DNA of 59,864 nucleotides, filler included, from Platydemus manokwari (taxonomy: Eukaryota), in assembly GCA_037951405.1 (NCBI GenBank). It is 5 parts of 5 records of this genome, joined end to end, with 100 filler letters (N's around TTAATTAATTAA, not from the genome) between each part and the next. Parts side by side here need not be neighbours in the genome. Positions count along the whole stretch, not along the records: positions 9,785 to 23,531 come from JBBMOY011631403.1; positions 23,632 to 33,343 come from JBBMOY011214655.1; 3 more parts are not named here. One strand, 5' to 3'. The position numbers and the translations under genes were made by a program. Of this stretch, positions 10,621 through 24,102 are shown piece by piece (position 1 is the first letter of the stretch; each line of letters begins with the position of its first letter). The notes beneath the pieces were generated by a model. The model was not told the DNA's origin and did no database searches. It saw only the letters and a list, made by a program, of their open reading frames with translations.

Positions 10621-13600
10621 TAGGCAAAATAATATTTTATACAAATGCCACTGATATTGTTGTTGAAAATCATTTTATTTCGATAAATATTATTTTTCAA
10701 TAATAATAATAATAATATTGATTACATTATAATTTTATATATGTATTATACGAGTTTTCAGTTCAACCACTTTCTCATTATTCATTTCACCATAGTAGCA
10801 AATTCTGTGAACCAATTTGCTCGAGTAATTATTTCCTCGCATTAAAACTCAAATAGCATGTGATAGAAATTAGCATAAAGCAGATGCTTCATTTTAATTT
10901 TAAAAATTAACCCATTTATTAGCATAGATTACGTGAATTTTTCTTCTTTATCGATCGTTCGTTCGTTTATTATTTTATTCTTGACGAAATCGTTCGACTT
11001 TTTGAATGCTTTCAAATGTTTTCTTTTCCCATTCCTAATTAAGTCTTACAGGTTTATGGTATGGTTGATCCATTGATTACTTCCAACTGTTTCTATTGGT
11101 TGTGATGAAATTAGGGAGATAATAATCAAATTAAATATTAATCGTCTGCTTCTTAAATCAATAAAAGTCGACAGCTACTTCCAAAATTTTGTTTATAAAT
11201 CATAATACTTAAACGATGATCGATTGTTCATGTGTTGTTTGAGATTTACGAATTATTTCGTGTAAAGATAAATATCAAATCTTTGAAGATGTTGTATATT
11301 CGATCTTTATTTTATATGCGAATTCAAATCATAATTAGGCTTGACAGTGAAATACAGGATTACATTTGGAATATAACTATCGATCGTTTGAAGAATGATT
11401 TTGTCAACATTAAATTCCTATAAAATCATGAAATAATTGAGCATTTAGTTATATATTTGTATATTAATCGTTCTTCATGTTCCTGGAATACATATTGAAA
11501 AATATTTTATCAAATATACATCTAATTCGAGAATTTAGTTAAACAACAATAAGAATACTTAATTGAAATATCTCGTTACTCTAATAATGTCATTCATGGA
11601 TCAATACTATTGCAGATATCAGCTACTGATTGTGTGTTTGTGTTTGTGATATGTGTTTCTAGATATTGATTTCCCGGAGAAATAATATGTGAGCTACTTC
11701 AAGAATTACTTTCTAATAAATATCGAACAAATAATATCTTTATAAATAGCCTGGAGATACATTTGTATAACAATTGATCATAAATAATCCCATTATTTGA
11801 ACTGTAAAAATATTATATTTCGATTTGGATTTGAAATATAGAAATTTCATCAGATATATATATATATATATTGTATCCGAATATTTTCTTGGATTCTGAA
11901 ATCATTTCTTTGAATCTGGACAACTTTTTAATTAAGTCAATCTCTCATCAAACGAAATAAATTCTCTTTAATAATGCTTGGGTTTTTTTTCTTCTTCAAA
12001 GCCAAATATTGGCCAATGAATGGGGCAATTGGGAAATGATTGATGAGGGATTATGAGGTAGTATTGATCCATATAAATCGTTTATTTTTTCACTGAAAAC
12101 AGAGGTATAAGACGATTGATTTGTGGAAAGTCTCTTAATACATATAATACTAGTTGTATTTGTTTTCAGATTTGTTGAAACTAGAAAAATATTAATTTTC
12201 AGTTGGTGTTTGCGATTAAGTGTCATTTTCCTTTTGAAAAAAAATTGGAATTTTCATTTGGTTAGCGTTTGTAGCTGTCATGTTAGAAATATAATTATTA
12301 GTTACATTGTTCTAATATATCATTGGCATATTTTGATCTTTGAACCTTTGTTTGTATTGTCATGTTGTAATTGGTGGTAATCAAGTATGTTTTTCAATAT
12401 TGTTTGCATTGCATTGTTTTTGATTCATTGCGTTTTATCTGGATAGTCATGTTTTCTTCCGTCTTGGTGTTTATTTTAGATTTATTTACTTTCTCCAATG
12501 ACTAATTTTAAATTTGCAAAATTTATGCACGGCTAAATATAATGGATTATCGGAAGAAAATAATATCGAACAATTTTATTCTTAATTGATCAATCAATAT
12601 TAATATATTTTAATAATTCGATACGATTATTATAGAATTCATGGATTGATTATTAAAATACATTAATATATAGCGGTAGTAGCTGGTTAATTCGTATATC
12701 AGTTAATTGCGATTTTTCAGTTTATTTGGTCTTTTAAATATTTATTATTAAATTAATAATGTCAAAGTACATCGATATTGAAACTCAGTGTACTTATTAT
12801 TTTCCCCCACACAATACCTTGGACGATAATAAGACTAGATTAATCTGAGACAATTATTTTTTATCAATAATGTATTAATGAGAAATAGTTTCGTTGTAAA
12901 TAAATTTTAGATATGAAATCTATCTTGTGCGATATTCAAATAAGAGTGTAATTCAAAATGGAGTGCATAAGTATGAAGTTGAAGTGAATGATTTTTTTTA
13001 TGGATCTATTACGAAGATTGATGTCCTTCGTACAGAAGAAAATAATTTTAATACATGAATTAGAAGATACAATTAATGAGTACTCGGCTATATTAAATAA
13101 ATCTAACATCTTAGGGAAAAACATAAAATAATAAATGAAGATTTATAGTCAATTAGAGTGGTGAATGGTTGATAGATATGTTTGTTAATCACAGGTGACA
13201 AATTCTCTAATGATAATCCAATGCACACGTATTCTGTTGAAATATTAAAATTTGGATTATATTTTCGAAGTAGTATTATTTTTATTATATTTTTAATATA
13301 TAACAATATGGAAAATTACATTTATACTACTTACAATAATTAAATCACGAAATTTACAGTTGTAAATTAGCCTTTAATAATATTTTTTTTATAATAATTG
13401 TAATTATATTATAAATAATTATAATAATAATTTTACATTATAAATTGGTAATAATATTTTAAAATAAATAATTTATGACTTTCCTTAATACCTAAAATGT
13501 TCATTTCTGAAATGATTGTTCCAAAAAATCTATTCTTAATGTTTGAAAGATCGTTTCTATAGCGGCAATGGCTGATTATTATAATTGAATTACTAGAAAT

Positions 13601-14789
13601 ATCAATATCCTATTTTGAAAAACAAAATCAATTCTTACGGGAAGATAATTTTTACTCATTCAAACATATTTATTCGTGGATAAAGATAATTAAATCCAAT
13701 AATATTAAATTATTTTTTTAATCATGATTTTGCTAATAACATCCCGGCTATAATTTTTCTATACTTTTATGGAATAAGTTTAAATAAATAGATAGATAGA
13801 TAGATGTGTGTATAACAATAGTGAACGTGTGTTAATAACGTACCAACTGTAGCAACGTTGCAGATAGATTCAGGTATCACAGAATTTTGGTATTGATTGT
13901 TAGACGAACGCTTTTCCTGGAATCTTTCAATACTTACTGAACATTCTATTGTTATGTATCACTAGGCTTTGTTTCAATTTCGGCCAATAGTAAATATTCG
14001 CATTTATGTTTTGAATATTTACCCGGTAATTATCCTTATTTTGTTGAAATTGTGTTTCGATATTATTTCGGTAGTTGACCATTTGATTAAAGCTAAAACC
14101 CAACTCACTATTATAATTAGTTCGTTATTTATTGTAAAGTTGTTACAAAATCTCCGATTATCATTTCAATTACTATTCCGCTTGTCAGTTCCGTTACAAC
14201 TCTAACCACCAATTCGGTTGCCAATTATTACTGTTATTTATAATTAGCAATACTTTAAAATATCAATTACTTAGGAACGAATGGGTATTGTTTTAAGTCA
14301 ATACCAGATTTAGAATATCATTTTTATTATTGATCTTATAATGATAATTATATATTAGAAATTTGTCATTTCTAGAAAATCGATTGACAAAAAAATATTT
14401 ATTGGTATTAGGAAGATTGAAATTAATCTTGTTTTGTATCAGTCTTATCCGTAAATGACTTTTAATAAGTTTCCCGCCAATGACTGTTAACCATTTGGTT
14501 GAAAACTTATAATGCAAATATTTATTTAAAGATTCCTCTACATAAATTCTAATAATATTTCTAAGCTTTCAATGGAGGCACATAAGTTCACAAAATTGAT
14601 AAGAATCTAAATTGTTAGAAGTGAATAGTTAGCGTTCTCATAGAAATTGGTTTCTCTGATTTAAATATTTAAAAATTATTTTGTGATTTTCTATCATATT
14701 ACATCTTTTTGGAGAGTTGGAAACAAATATTCTCAATTAATGTGTTCCAGAACGGAATTTGGATAAAAGTCACTTGAGATAATTTTATA

Positions 14790-14860
14790 AAATATAATTT
14801 GGCGTTGTGATGTTTCAGTTCGTTTTCATTTTGTGCTTATAAAATAGTAGCGACTTACTT
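14790..14860 (-). repeat. Copy of the same unclassified interspersed repeat (core)
   Basis: Plus strand reads AATTTGGCGTTGTGATGTTTCAGTTCGTTTTCATTTTGTGCTTATAAAATAGTAGCGACTTAC, the reverse complement of the repeat core. Confidence 0.7.
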
Positions 14861-15039
14861 GTCTTTGGTAGGGTGTCTATAAAATAGGATGAAACGATGT
14901 CAAGAAAATATAGCAAAGTTGTATATTGCTTTAAAATCTTTGGTGTTCTCTGTATTCTTTAATTATCTCTGTATCAAATTCTCTATAAATTTATCTATAT
15001 ACAGAAAGGGGAAGTGAGGATTTATAATGAATTGATATT

Positions 15040-15146
15040 TAAAAAATTTCAAAATCAGATTTTTTTAATGTATCGTAAAACAAATATAATTTGGTCTTGT
15101 GACGTTTCGTTTAGTTTTCATTGCGTCCTTTATAAAATAGCTTACA
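15040..15146 (-). repeat. Copy of the same unclassified interspersed repeat (core)
   Basis: Plus strand reads AATTTGGTCTTGTGACGTTTCGTTTAGTTTTCATTGCGTCCTTTATAAAATAGCTTAC. Confidence 0.65.
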
Positions 15147-16459
15147 GTTTTAATAAATGCTTTTTATGTTTCAACTACACGATGTTTGTAAATTAATACA
15201 AGAAAGAGATACATGTGTGTATCGTAATATTTTTTGTAAATTCATTCATATTGCTAATCGCTCCACGACATGACTTGAACCGTAATATATACCGTATTTC
15301 TCTGAATAACCTTTGCATAAACAAAATATGAAACTTTTAATCATATCGGGCATTGTAGATAGATAAATTTCAATGAGTAGTTTTTCTAAAAGACAATAAT
15401 AATTACTCCTCCTCACCAGCACTTTTATTTCCATAAAAAATCAATCCATTTATTATATATCTCGTAGTCTTTGTCCAATTGCATTTCTGGATCTATATTA
15501 ATCGACTGAAAAATAATTTGACATGAATTAATTAACCACCATATCAACTGACTGCAAAATTAAATTATGTAAAATATATATATTGATTGAAAAATCAATT
15601 TACTTATAGAAAATATCGATTGATTAATGATCTGAAATACTAATATTCCAAAAAACAACCAATAAAAATTCTGGATCATTTAGAATTGTATATCATTGAT
15701 TATTTATTGTACTGACTTACTTATTTTTATTGGAAAATCTTTGAAAAAGTTAATTATCAATAAAGATTGATTTCTGTTGTTTAGATAAACTTGGGATTTA
15801 AAAATTAGCGAATCTAATAAACTCACCAGTGCTCATCCGGAGAAATGTAGGGGGTATATAGTTATATAAATTGACTTTATGGAAAATGTTCTGGAATTGT
15901 AATAATAATAATTATTATTAATTTACAAGAATATTGTTTTGCTTTAATAAAATTAGAAAATCACAACTATTAAAAAATAATTTAATTTAATTTTACCACA
16001 AATCAAATAATGAAAACAAGCACAAATAAATATTTATTGATTCTAATTTCTGACATAAGTAAATAAGTGATTAGAAATTTATAAAACAATTATAATTTTA
16101 TTTTCTTAGAATTATGATAAACCATCGATTTCATGAAGATGTCATTCATAATTGTATATAATTTATTGATTATTCCAGTATTATTTCTAATTTTAACAAG
16201 TTTTATTTAATAATTTCATTGATTTGTTTTCTTGGATCAAATCTATTTGTTGATAAAATTAAACCTTTAAAAAGCTTAACATTGCATCGTTCAATTAATG
16301 TTGAGGAGGTTAAAAAATTATTATTAAATATTTCAATCTCAATACTAGTATAATATATTTTCCAATTATACTTATTGATGATTTATGTTTTGGGATAATT
16401 GTAATTTGTGTTTGTGAGGATTTATAATACATTTAAATTTATGTGTCTGAATAATTGTA

Positions 16460-16735
16460 ATTAAAATATAATTTGGTGTCATGACTTTTCAGTTCGTTTT
16501 CTATGCGTGCTTTGGATTTGATTCTGAGAATGTCTATGACATGAAATTATAGAAGAGAGGGAGGAATAAATAACAAATATGTAATAAAGAAATATCGAAG
16601 TTGTAGAAAAGAGAAAGTGAAGATATAGAGAAGACATTAATATATAAAGTAGATACAAATTGGAGAAAAATTCGAAATTATTATATAGATAAATATCTAG
16701 AGAGATTGTCTTATAAAATAGTAGCAGCTTACAGG
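16460..16735 (-). repeat. Rearranged copy of the same unclassified interspersed repeat
   Basis: Core AATTTGGTGTCATGACTTTTCAGTTCGTTTTC, then GATTCTGAGAATGTCTATGAC and a GA-rich tract, with TTATAAAATAGTAGCAGCTTAC displaced to about 16711-16732. Confidence 0.65.
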
Positions 16736-17119
16736 GTTTATGGAATTTTTGACGATTAATTGATGATATAACAAAATGTTTTTTAACCATTTCTATTATC
16801 GGGATTTTGTTACGAATGGTTGGTTATAAAGGTTTTTTCCTCGTATCGTATTTTTATTGAAACCGTCTAATTGAGTTGATTTCATGTATTTGTTGATTGA
16901 AACATATTGAATGTGTACGTTATTACTCGATTAGAGCACTTTTTAAATTTATCATTTAATATTATCTTTAATGTTCTGGAATAAATATCATTTTCATATA
17001 TATTGCTTTATTTTTATTTATTTATCACAATCTACCTTTCGTTATTTTGTTTTCATGAATTGTCTTTCAATATGTATACAGGAGCTTGCCTGCAATGATT
17101 GAATTATATTTATTCATAG

Positions 17120-18289
17120 ATTGCCCAAAACTATCAAATAGGATCTCAAGTGAAATACGAGCCAGAAATACCTGGAAATCAACAGCAGTCTCAACAACAA
17201 CAACAGCAGGCCATAGCTAACAATCGTGTAATGGACATATCAGATAATTCCAATATCGATGACAAGTCCAAAAGAAAGCCTCGTCGGCGTATTCCTAACA
17301 AAGCTCCGAAATTGCCTAACACTGTAGCAAATGGTGGCGATAACAATGCTGTCCAAAATCAATCCAACAACCAAGAAGAACGATTGCTTGATCATAAGGG
17401 TCGTCCGTTTATATACAATTGTCCAAATTGTCCGAAAAAGTTTACCCTCAATTCTCGGTTGACTGCACATCTTCGTTGTCACACCGGGATTCGGCCGTAT
17501 ACGTGTGTTCAGTGTGGTTTTTCATTTACACAAAAAAGTTATCTGATACGTCACGCTGCAGTACATACGGAGGAAAGGCCATTCACCTGTGAACGTTGTC
17601 TGAAGACGTATAAACATTACGGATCACTTGCGAATCATAGAAAGCTACATCGCAAAGAAGATAAAAATGGTACATCTGATATTTCGGAATCAAATTGCCA
17701 ATCAGACCAAAAACCGGCGTGTGACAACAATGTTGTTACTACTACAACCATGGTCGATCAAAGCAATCTCGACAATATCCTCCAACTGCATTCTGATTGG
17801 TCAACTGTTGCATCATCAATTAGCGACAATAGCACGTACCTTATTGCTAATACAAAATCCGATACACCGAATATCGCTTATTACTCACAATCATCTACTG
17901 GCAATGTGTCGCAAGTTCTCTCTGGTAGTGGTCCAGTAGCATTTCCCGATCAACAAATGAACCACACTCTCGTCGATAATGTTGTCTCATCTAATCAATC
18001 CCTTATGGAATGTGTTCAGACCCAGGCCTTCTGTGCGACAAATCAATCAGAAATCAACAACAGTCATATCAAAAATAATCAATCTACATTCTTGAATTTG
18101 CAACTAATGCCGTCATCATCAACTCAAACACATAGCAATAATGATACAATTATTTATACTCATGTGGAAGTCGATCCTGATCAACAGCAACCTCAACAAT
18201 CCCATCCATCAACTCAACTCCAACAACCTCAAAACAATCCTCAGCAGCAGCAACAGACACACAAGTATAATGCAGCACCCAACGTTTAA
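17120..18289 (+). CDS. Terminal exon of a Q/N-rich C2H2 zinc-finger transcription factor (3 fingers; possibly flatworm zfp-1 family)
   Basis: Three tandem C2H2 fingers at 17420-17650 (CPNC...HLRCH, TGIRPY linker, CVQC...HAAVH, TEERPF linker, CERC...HRKLH). Basic NLS-like KSKRKPRRR and polyQ at both ends. The frame is open back to the splice acceptor TTCATAG| at 17119 (IAQNYQIGSQVKYEP); the track start at 17150 is a GTG. Upstream exon(s) not located. Confidence 0.9.
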   Translation: MAQNYQIGSQVKYEPEIPGNQQQSQQQQQQAIANNRVMDISDNSNIDDKSKRKPRRRIPNKAPKLPNTVANGGDNNAVQNQSNNQEERLLDHKGRPFIYNCPNCPKKFTLNSRLTAHLRCHTGIRPYTCVQCGFSFTQKSYLIRHAAVHTEERPFTCERCLKTYKHYGSLANHRKLHRKEDKNGTSDISESNCQSDQKPACDNNVVTTTTMVDQSNLDNILQLHSDWSTVASSISDNSTYLIANTKSDTPNIAYYSQSSTGNVSQVLSGSGPVAFPDQQMNHTLVDNVVSSNQSLMECVQTQAFCATNQSEINNSHIKNNQSTFLNLQLMPSSSTQTHSNNDTIIYTHVEVDPDQQQPQQSHPSTQLQQPQNNPQQQQQTHKYNAAPNV

Positions 18290-20090
18290 ATTCAGTCAAT
18301 ATCGTTATTTTCAAAATTTTTCTCAAAAAAAATAATCTTTAACTCAACAGATTAAGTTATATAATCTATGTTCCACATTCAGAGAATCCACACAACCAAT
18401 CAAAATCGATGTCTTATCTAATTGGTTGGTCTCCAATAATCAAATTATTGTTGAATTATTCCAAAACTGACCGAAAACGATACGTATTAACTTTTTGAAA
18501 TTTTCTTTGTAAAGTTATATTGCGAAATCTATTTAACCGATAAATATGTCCAATAATATATAAGAGCTATGTATCCAAAGATGGGGTAATTGTTTTTTTG
18601 TTTATTTCTGTATTGTTGTAATCCACGAATAATAATGATGCCATCATTGACAAACAATTGTATTAATAATGTCATTTTTATTACTACTCTTGGTGTTTGT
18701 TTGGACGAACCTTGGTTCACAACTGATACTGTTGAAACTGGCGATATATTGTTATTAAATGACTTTGAACGAATTCACTTTTTAATTTATGATTAATTTG
18801 TTGGATATAATTTGTACAGTAAATGAATACATATACTTGTTGATTGATATTGGATATAATTAATTATTGTTTTATAGATTTTATTTATTGACATAAAACT
18901 TATAATATCTTTATAACTGCGATGCGAATAAAATAGTCAGATTGGAATTATGGGGCTGTTTTATTTGCCTATAATGATTTGTTGTTGTAAATATGTGTAA
19001 ATATTTGTTGAATATCATCTTTGTATTGGATCATTGGGTTTTAATCTACTCATTGTCATTTTTCTGTTTTTTTTAATATTATAATCATGCATTTTATAAA
19101 GTGCCAGACATTCGTATTAAATGTCGTACTTGGTTTGATTTTCGGACAAATTTATAGTGTAAATATGAATTTCTTCAATGAATATCAATTTTTTTCATGT
19201 GACAACAAAATTATTTTCAAATAATTGCTAAATTATAAATATTCATCAACAAATATCAAGTAGACATATTGATAATTATAGAAAATATCTAGTTTCTTAT
19301 TATTATTATTATGATACTGCCTTGGTAACATAATTCCTTGCTTTTGATAGTTGTATTTATAATGAAGTAACTTGATATTTATATTTATAATGACAAGGTG
19401 AAAAATTATAACAAAAATAATTTCACAAATTGTTACAGATTTGCCCAATTAAAACTTAGCTATTTATCAGCAACAATTTGATCTCAGAATTTGATTTACA
19501 AAATTATTTAACAACCGTTAGTACTACTTAAACAATTATTCTTTAATTTGGATCGAGCCGTTTCGTATTACAACTTATAACTCAAGCTTTATTTAACCCA
19601 CTTGTTTTGGATCACTCTAAAGAGGAAATATGTTTGTCTCGTATGCTCCATATAATTTCAACTTAAAGTTAATACTAGTTTTATATACATGCATGTGTTT
19701 GATAAGTTAGAATTATTAACCAAACTAAATAACAAAGCTGTAATTATCCAAAACAATAACTTGAAAACATGCCCAATAAAATGCTGTCACAGCTTAAACA
19801 ACAGTAAAGTAAGTTCAAAAATCAATGTATTCCTGCAACCGAATGATTTAAAAGGTACTACAATTTGCCGACCTTTAAAGACTGGAAGTTGGTCACTGGC
19901 ATCGAATCTTTTTATAAGCTGTGTTGTGTGTGTCAGGAGTGTAATAAAAAAAGGTTTGATACACAGAGACTCGATGAACGCAAGAGTCAATAGTCAATCA
20001 TATGCATCTAATATATCAATCTCTAAATAGAAATTGATCATTAATTAATTCACATCATTAACAGACATCAAGATAAGCTATAAGTTAGAA

Positions 20091-20329
20091 CAGGGGTCTC
20101 CAAAGTACGGCCCTCGAAGCTTACTATGAAACACACGAACATTATGACAAAATTTAAAACATTTATTATTCGATGTAAGATATTAAAAGTTTTTGAAAAT
20201 AACAGGATAATTAATAAAAAATATTTTGGCTAATTTAAGTTTTTTGTAAACCTATCATAGTTTTGGCCCTCCAAATTTTAAAAAAAATCAGCAATGTGGC
20301 CCTTTGCTGAAAAAGTTTGGAGACCCCTG
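20091..20329. mobile_element. hAT (Charlie-like) MITE
   Basis: Perfect 14 bp TIR CAGGGGTCTCCAAA ... TTTGGAGACCCCTG with subterminal GGCCC motifs. The 8 bp TSD is not recognisable. Confidence 0.85.
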
Positions 20330-23300
20330 ATGTATAGTGTTTCCGATGAGTTTCCACATATTTCGAAAATCGATGAACCTTTATTAAAGATTACTGAACG
20401 TATTGAAAGTATAATATCTATATGAAAATATTTATAATACTTAAATTATTTAAAAAGTTATTACAAATGTTTCCAAAAATTGTCACTTTTATTATGTTAA
20501 TTAAAATTATCAAATTAATGTTTCAATACAATTAAAATTATTTTCATTTATGCAGGCAATTCAAGCAAATATGACTTTATACATTACGTATGTATTGAAA
20601 ATACCAAAACATATTTCTAAAGGTATTCTACTAATGATTACCATGTCAGTTTTGTTTATACCACTCGGACAAAAACTGAACGTTTTGTATGGTAAAAAGG
20701 TGGTCTATTTTTCTGGGATGGTTGTGAGTTTATTTTTGTCTGAAATGTAATTAGAGAATTTTAGTAATGGATAAAGAAAATATTAATTAATTCTTATATA
20801 TTTCTCCGATTGCTAGGTTGTTTTATTGCTTATGAATAACTTTTTGAAGTGTTAACAATCCAATGTATTTATTTAGCTTTGTATCAGTATTATTATGTAT
20901 CACTTTCAATGCGAACCGTTTGTATATTCAATTATCTCTGTTTTTATATTTTATTATTAATAAAAATGAGTTTCCAACCAATTATTTTTAATGCAGAAAT
21001 TGTTTAGATATTTTTGGTACTGCATTAAAGATAAATGTAATTATGTAATAAAAGTTATACAAACATATTTTTTATAATGAAAAATAGTAATGGAATAAAA
21101 ATCATTATTAAAAAATCAAATTATCATTGTCGAAAAATTTATAAGACATACAAAATTAAAAATACGTGAGAAAATTACAAACGGAACATTAAATAATTAA
21201 GAAAAATCAATAAAGTTTAAATTATAACAAATAAAAAAGACGAAAAGTAAAACCATATAAAGTTAATTTATGAAGGCTGAAGTATGTCAAATGAGATTTG
21301 GTTGTAAAAATTGTGTAAATACTAACACTGAAACAGAAGGCAGAACTCTCAAAAACACTGAAACCACCACTAGAACTACAATACAGTTGAATAAGAGATA
21401 CATTTGAATTAGATCTAGTACAGTTTAAAAGAAGATGTCGAAAGAATATTATTAGTTTCGAATCAATTGTTACATTTGAAAAAGTACTAATACTGACCAG
21501 GAAATTACATTTAACATATATAAATGACAAAATTAACCAGAAAAGCATCGGGGAAACTCATACAGTCAATGATTTCATATTTAGGTAAAAGATTCTTTTT
21601 TGCTATCCACGTTGTCTTTGGTATAAACCACATTTGTTGTATTATTTAGTGAAAGTCTGAGCATACCCCAACACTTATTATTTGGTATTCAATAAAATTA
21701 TTTGAATAAATCTCTTGAATTTTCATTTTTTAAAATAATTCTAAATTTAACGGATTGGAATATTGGATAAGGATTATAAGATTATAATTGATTTAAGATT
21801 TAAATGTTTTCGAATTCAGGTTCTTGGATTGTTACAAGTTTCGAATCCTATTTCCAGCAGGCAGGGCCGTATTAATTGTTAGACTGATCTTGATCATTAC
21901 TTTTCCGTAACCCATAAACACAGTCTACTTGGTCCTCTGTTATTCTGTATATGACTTTCGGGCGCTGATCCCATCTTGAGTGATAATTTACCATTGTATT
22001 GTGATATAATTTTAATTGTACCTATTGGCTAGTTGAACTTGTGATTCTGTAGTTTAAATTATAGTTTTATAATTAATACTGAATTGGACGAAACAACGTT
22101 ATTTAATTGGCGAACAACAAAATAAAATGTTTAATTTTTTATTAATATTTTACTATTACGTTATTTCAAAAAATTTTAATGAAATAATCTGGAAGTGTAT
22201 AAAATTATATTTTTTAAAATTTAATTATGAAGAAGTAGAATTGTTAAAATAAAGTTGAAGATCAAAAAGGAATCCGTTAATCAATGGAAATAAAACTAAA
22301 TCAAATACCAATTGACATTGAAATATAAATGATAAAGCTATATGACCTAGAAATAATAGTCTTAATACAAAGGGTTCTTGAAGTGTTAAATAATTACTAC
22401 TGACAATAAAAAAATTGTTAATCATCTTTCGAGTCTCTGCAATTATCGATAGCAGTAAGTTTTAGATTTGGTGATTGCTAAGGTTTTCGATATTTGAAAC
22501 GCGGTGTTTGGGAAAATATTTATAAATTTTAATTTTTAATTGAAAATGACTTATTCCATGTTGCTTGAAAACGACTATGCTTGAATAAATGTTCTTCAAG
22601 AAGTCAATTAGTTTGTAATTAAACCTTACAGATTTTTATAACAATATTAGAATTCGTGTAATTATAATTATTTTAATTTAATTTTCAGACTGTTATGCCA
22701 GTATTGGTTATGGTAATAGCTTTACCGAGTAAACCAAACCTATTATTATTTTATGGGACTTTACTATGGGCCAGCTATCCCGTGATGATAGCATTTTTCT
22801 CACCCTGGTAATATTTTTGTTTTACGGTTTGTCATACAAATATTTATTTACTTCATAATTATTCAAATCTGTGTTAACTTAAAAGGTATTTTAACCAATA
22901 AATAACCGTTTAATAACAAACTAAAATCTTCCTTTGTGTCGTTTTCAAGTTAACGGACTTTGACCTTGCAGTTTAAATTTGTCTTTTATCAAAGATTGTA
23001 ATGATTTTATTGGAACAATAAAAATAAAAATTGATTCCACAACATCATTTTCTTTCATGATTCAAGCATAGAAATAAATATCACAAAATATTTCCTATTG
23101 TAAATTCTTTTCAAGTAAAACAAAATAATTAATAATATTTAGTTGTTTTTATTACAATGTAATAAGTATGGTAAAGAAAACAGCAAAAATAGAAATCAAT
23201 AGCTTATTTTGTAATTTGAATGCACATTTTAGCATTTTGTTTTTAATTATTTGAAATAATTAAATTCTTTTGAATTTTAGAAGTTCCTCTTGAGGATATT

Positions 23301-23531
23301 AATACCACCCAGTTCTTTATAGCAAATTAGAGCTTAATTAATAAATACGGGGCCATATGCGCTGAGATAATGGATTTAAACTCCTAATAATATATAATTG
23401 AGTTGAATTTTTTTATAATTTAATTATATATTATATAGTATCAAATAATAAATGTGTGAGGCTTTAAACTTAAATTAAATAATTTTGAAATTAAAATTAA
23501 AAAATTAAAAATTAAAATTGAATTATTTTAC

Positions 23532-23631
23532 NNNNNNNNNNNNNNNNNNNNNNNNNNNNNNNNNNNNNNNNNNNNTTAATTAATTAANNNNNNNNNNNNN
23601 NNNNNNNNNNNNNNNNNNNNNNNNNNNNNNN
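23532..23631. other. Artificial assembly linker N44-TTAATTAATTAA-N44
   Basis: Identical 100-nt spacer. Confidence 0.97.
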
Positions 23632-24102
23632 CGGATACCAGTACGAAGGCCCCTATCGAATTACCGGATTCAAGTCAGACAGACAGGTGGAGATTCAATT
23701 CCCTCATGTGATAAAATCCAGACGATTAGAGTGGCTGAAACGGTGCAGCCGGCCTTAAGAGCAGGCGAGTAATGTGATTAAATAAATAAACACATGGTGT
23801 TTGTTTAAATAATTGACTGGCGGTTGATTGCAGTTTTTTCAAATAAATATTATGACGTAATGTGCTTTTAACTTAACTGAGAATTTCCTCACATATTAAC
23901 ACTTTTTTCAATACCATTACTGTATGATATTTGACCTTCCACCGTATTTGCATTTTTGACAATATAAAATTAAATCAGAAAAACGGTGTTTTACTTCGAA
24001 AAAATTCTGTAAACCAGATAGATAATACCAAGGTATTTAAAACAGAGTTAAAGTTAGATAGTTAAGAACTCGACATAGTTAAGTAATTAAATAAAGCTTA
24101 CA
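23632..24102 (+). mobile_element. 3' end of a Ty3/Gypsy LTR retrotransposon (integrase GPY/F tail, PPT, start of 3' LTR)
   Basis: 23633-23758 reads GYQYEGPYRITGFKSDRQVEIQFPHVIKSRRLEWLKRCSRP* (GPY/F module). It is followed by a purine-rich tract AAGAGCAGGCGAGTAA and TG at 23773. The LTR end is tentatively AATAAAGCTTACA at 24102 (uncertain). Confidence 0.7.

Noticed and set aside
11232-16790. Numerous 60-100 aa ORFs in the track
   Set aside because: I/L/F/K/N-rich translations typical of random AT-rich DNA, often with non-ATG starts and no motifs; one overlaps the repeat family.
17240-18335. Overlapping alternative-frame and antisense ORFs in the ZF exon
   Set aside because: Shadows of the real coding frame.
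19689-20030. Overlapping ORFs as a possible OMA1 last exon or separate gene
   Set aside because: No THP motif or other homology, and the region lies across a linker from OMA1.
21260-21560. Weak resemblance to a Helitron Rep or CXC-type TE fragment (GCKNCVN; KPPLELQ)
   Set aside because: Too degenerate to assign by eye.
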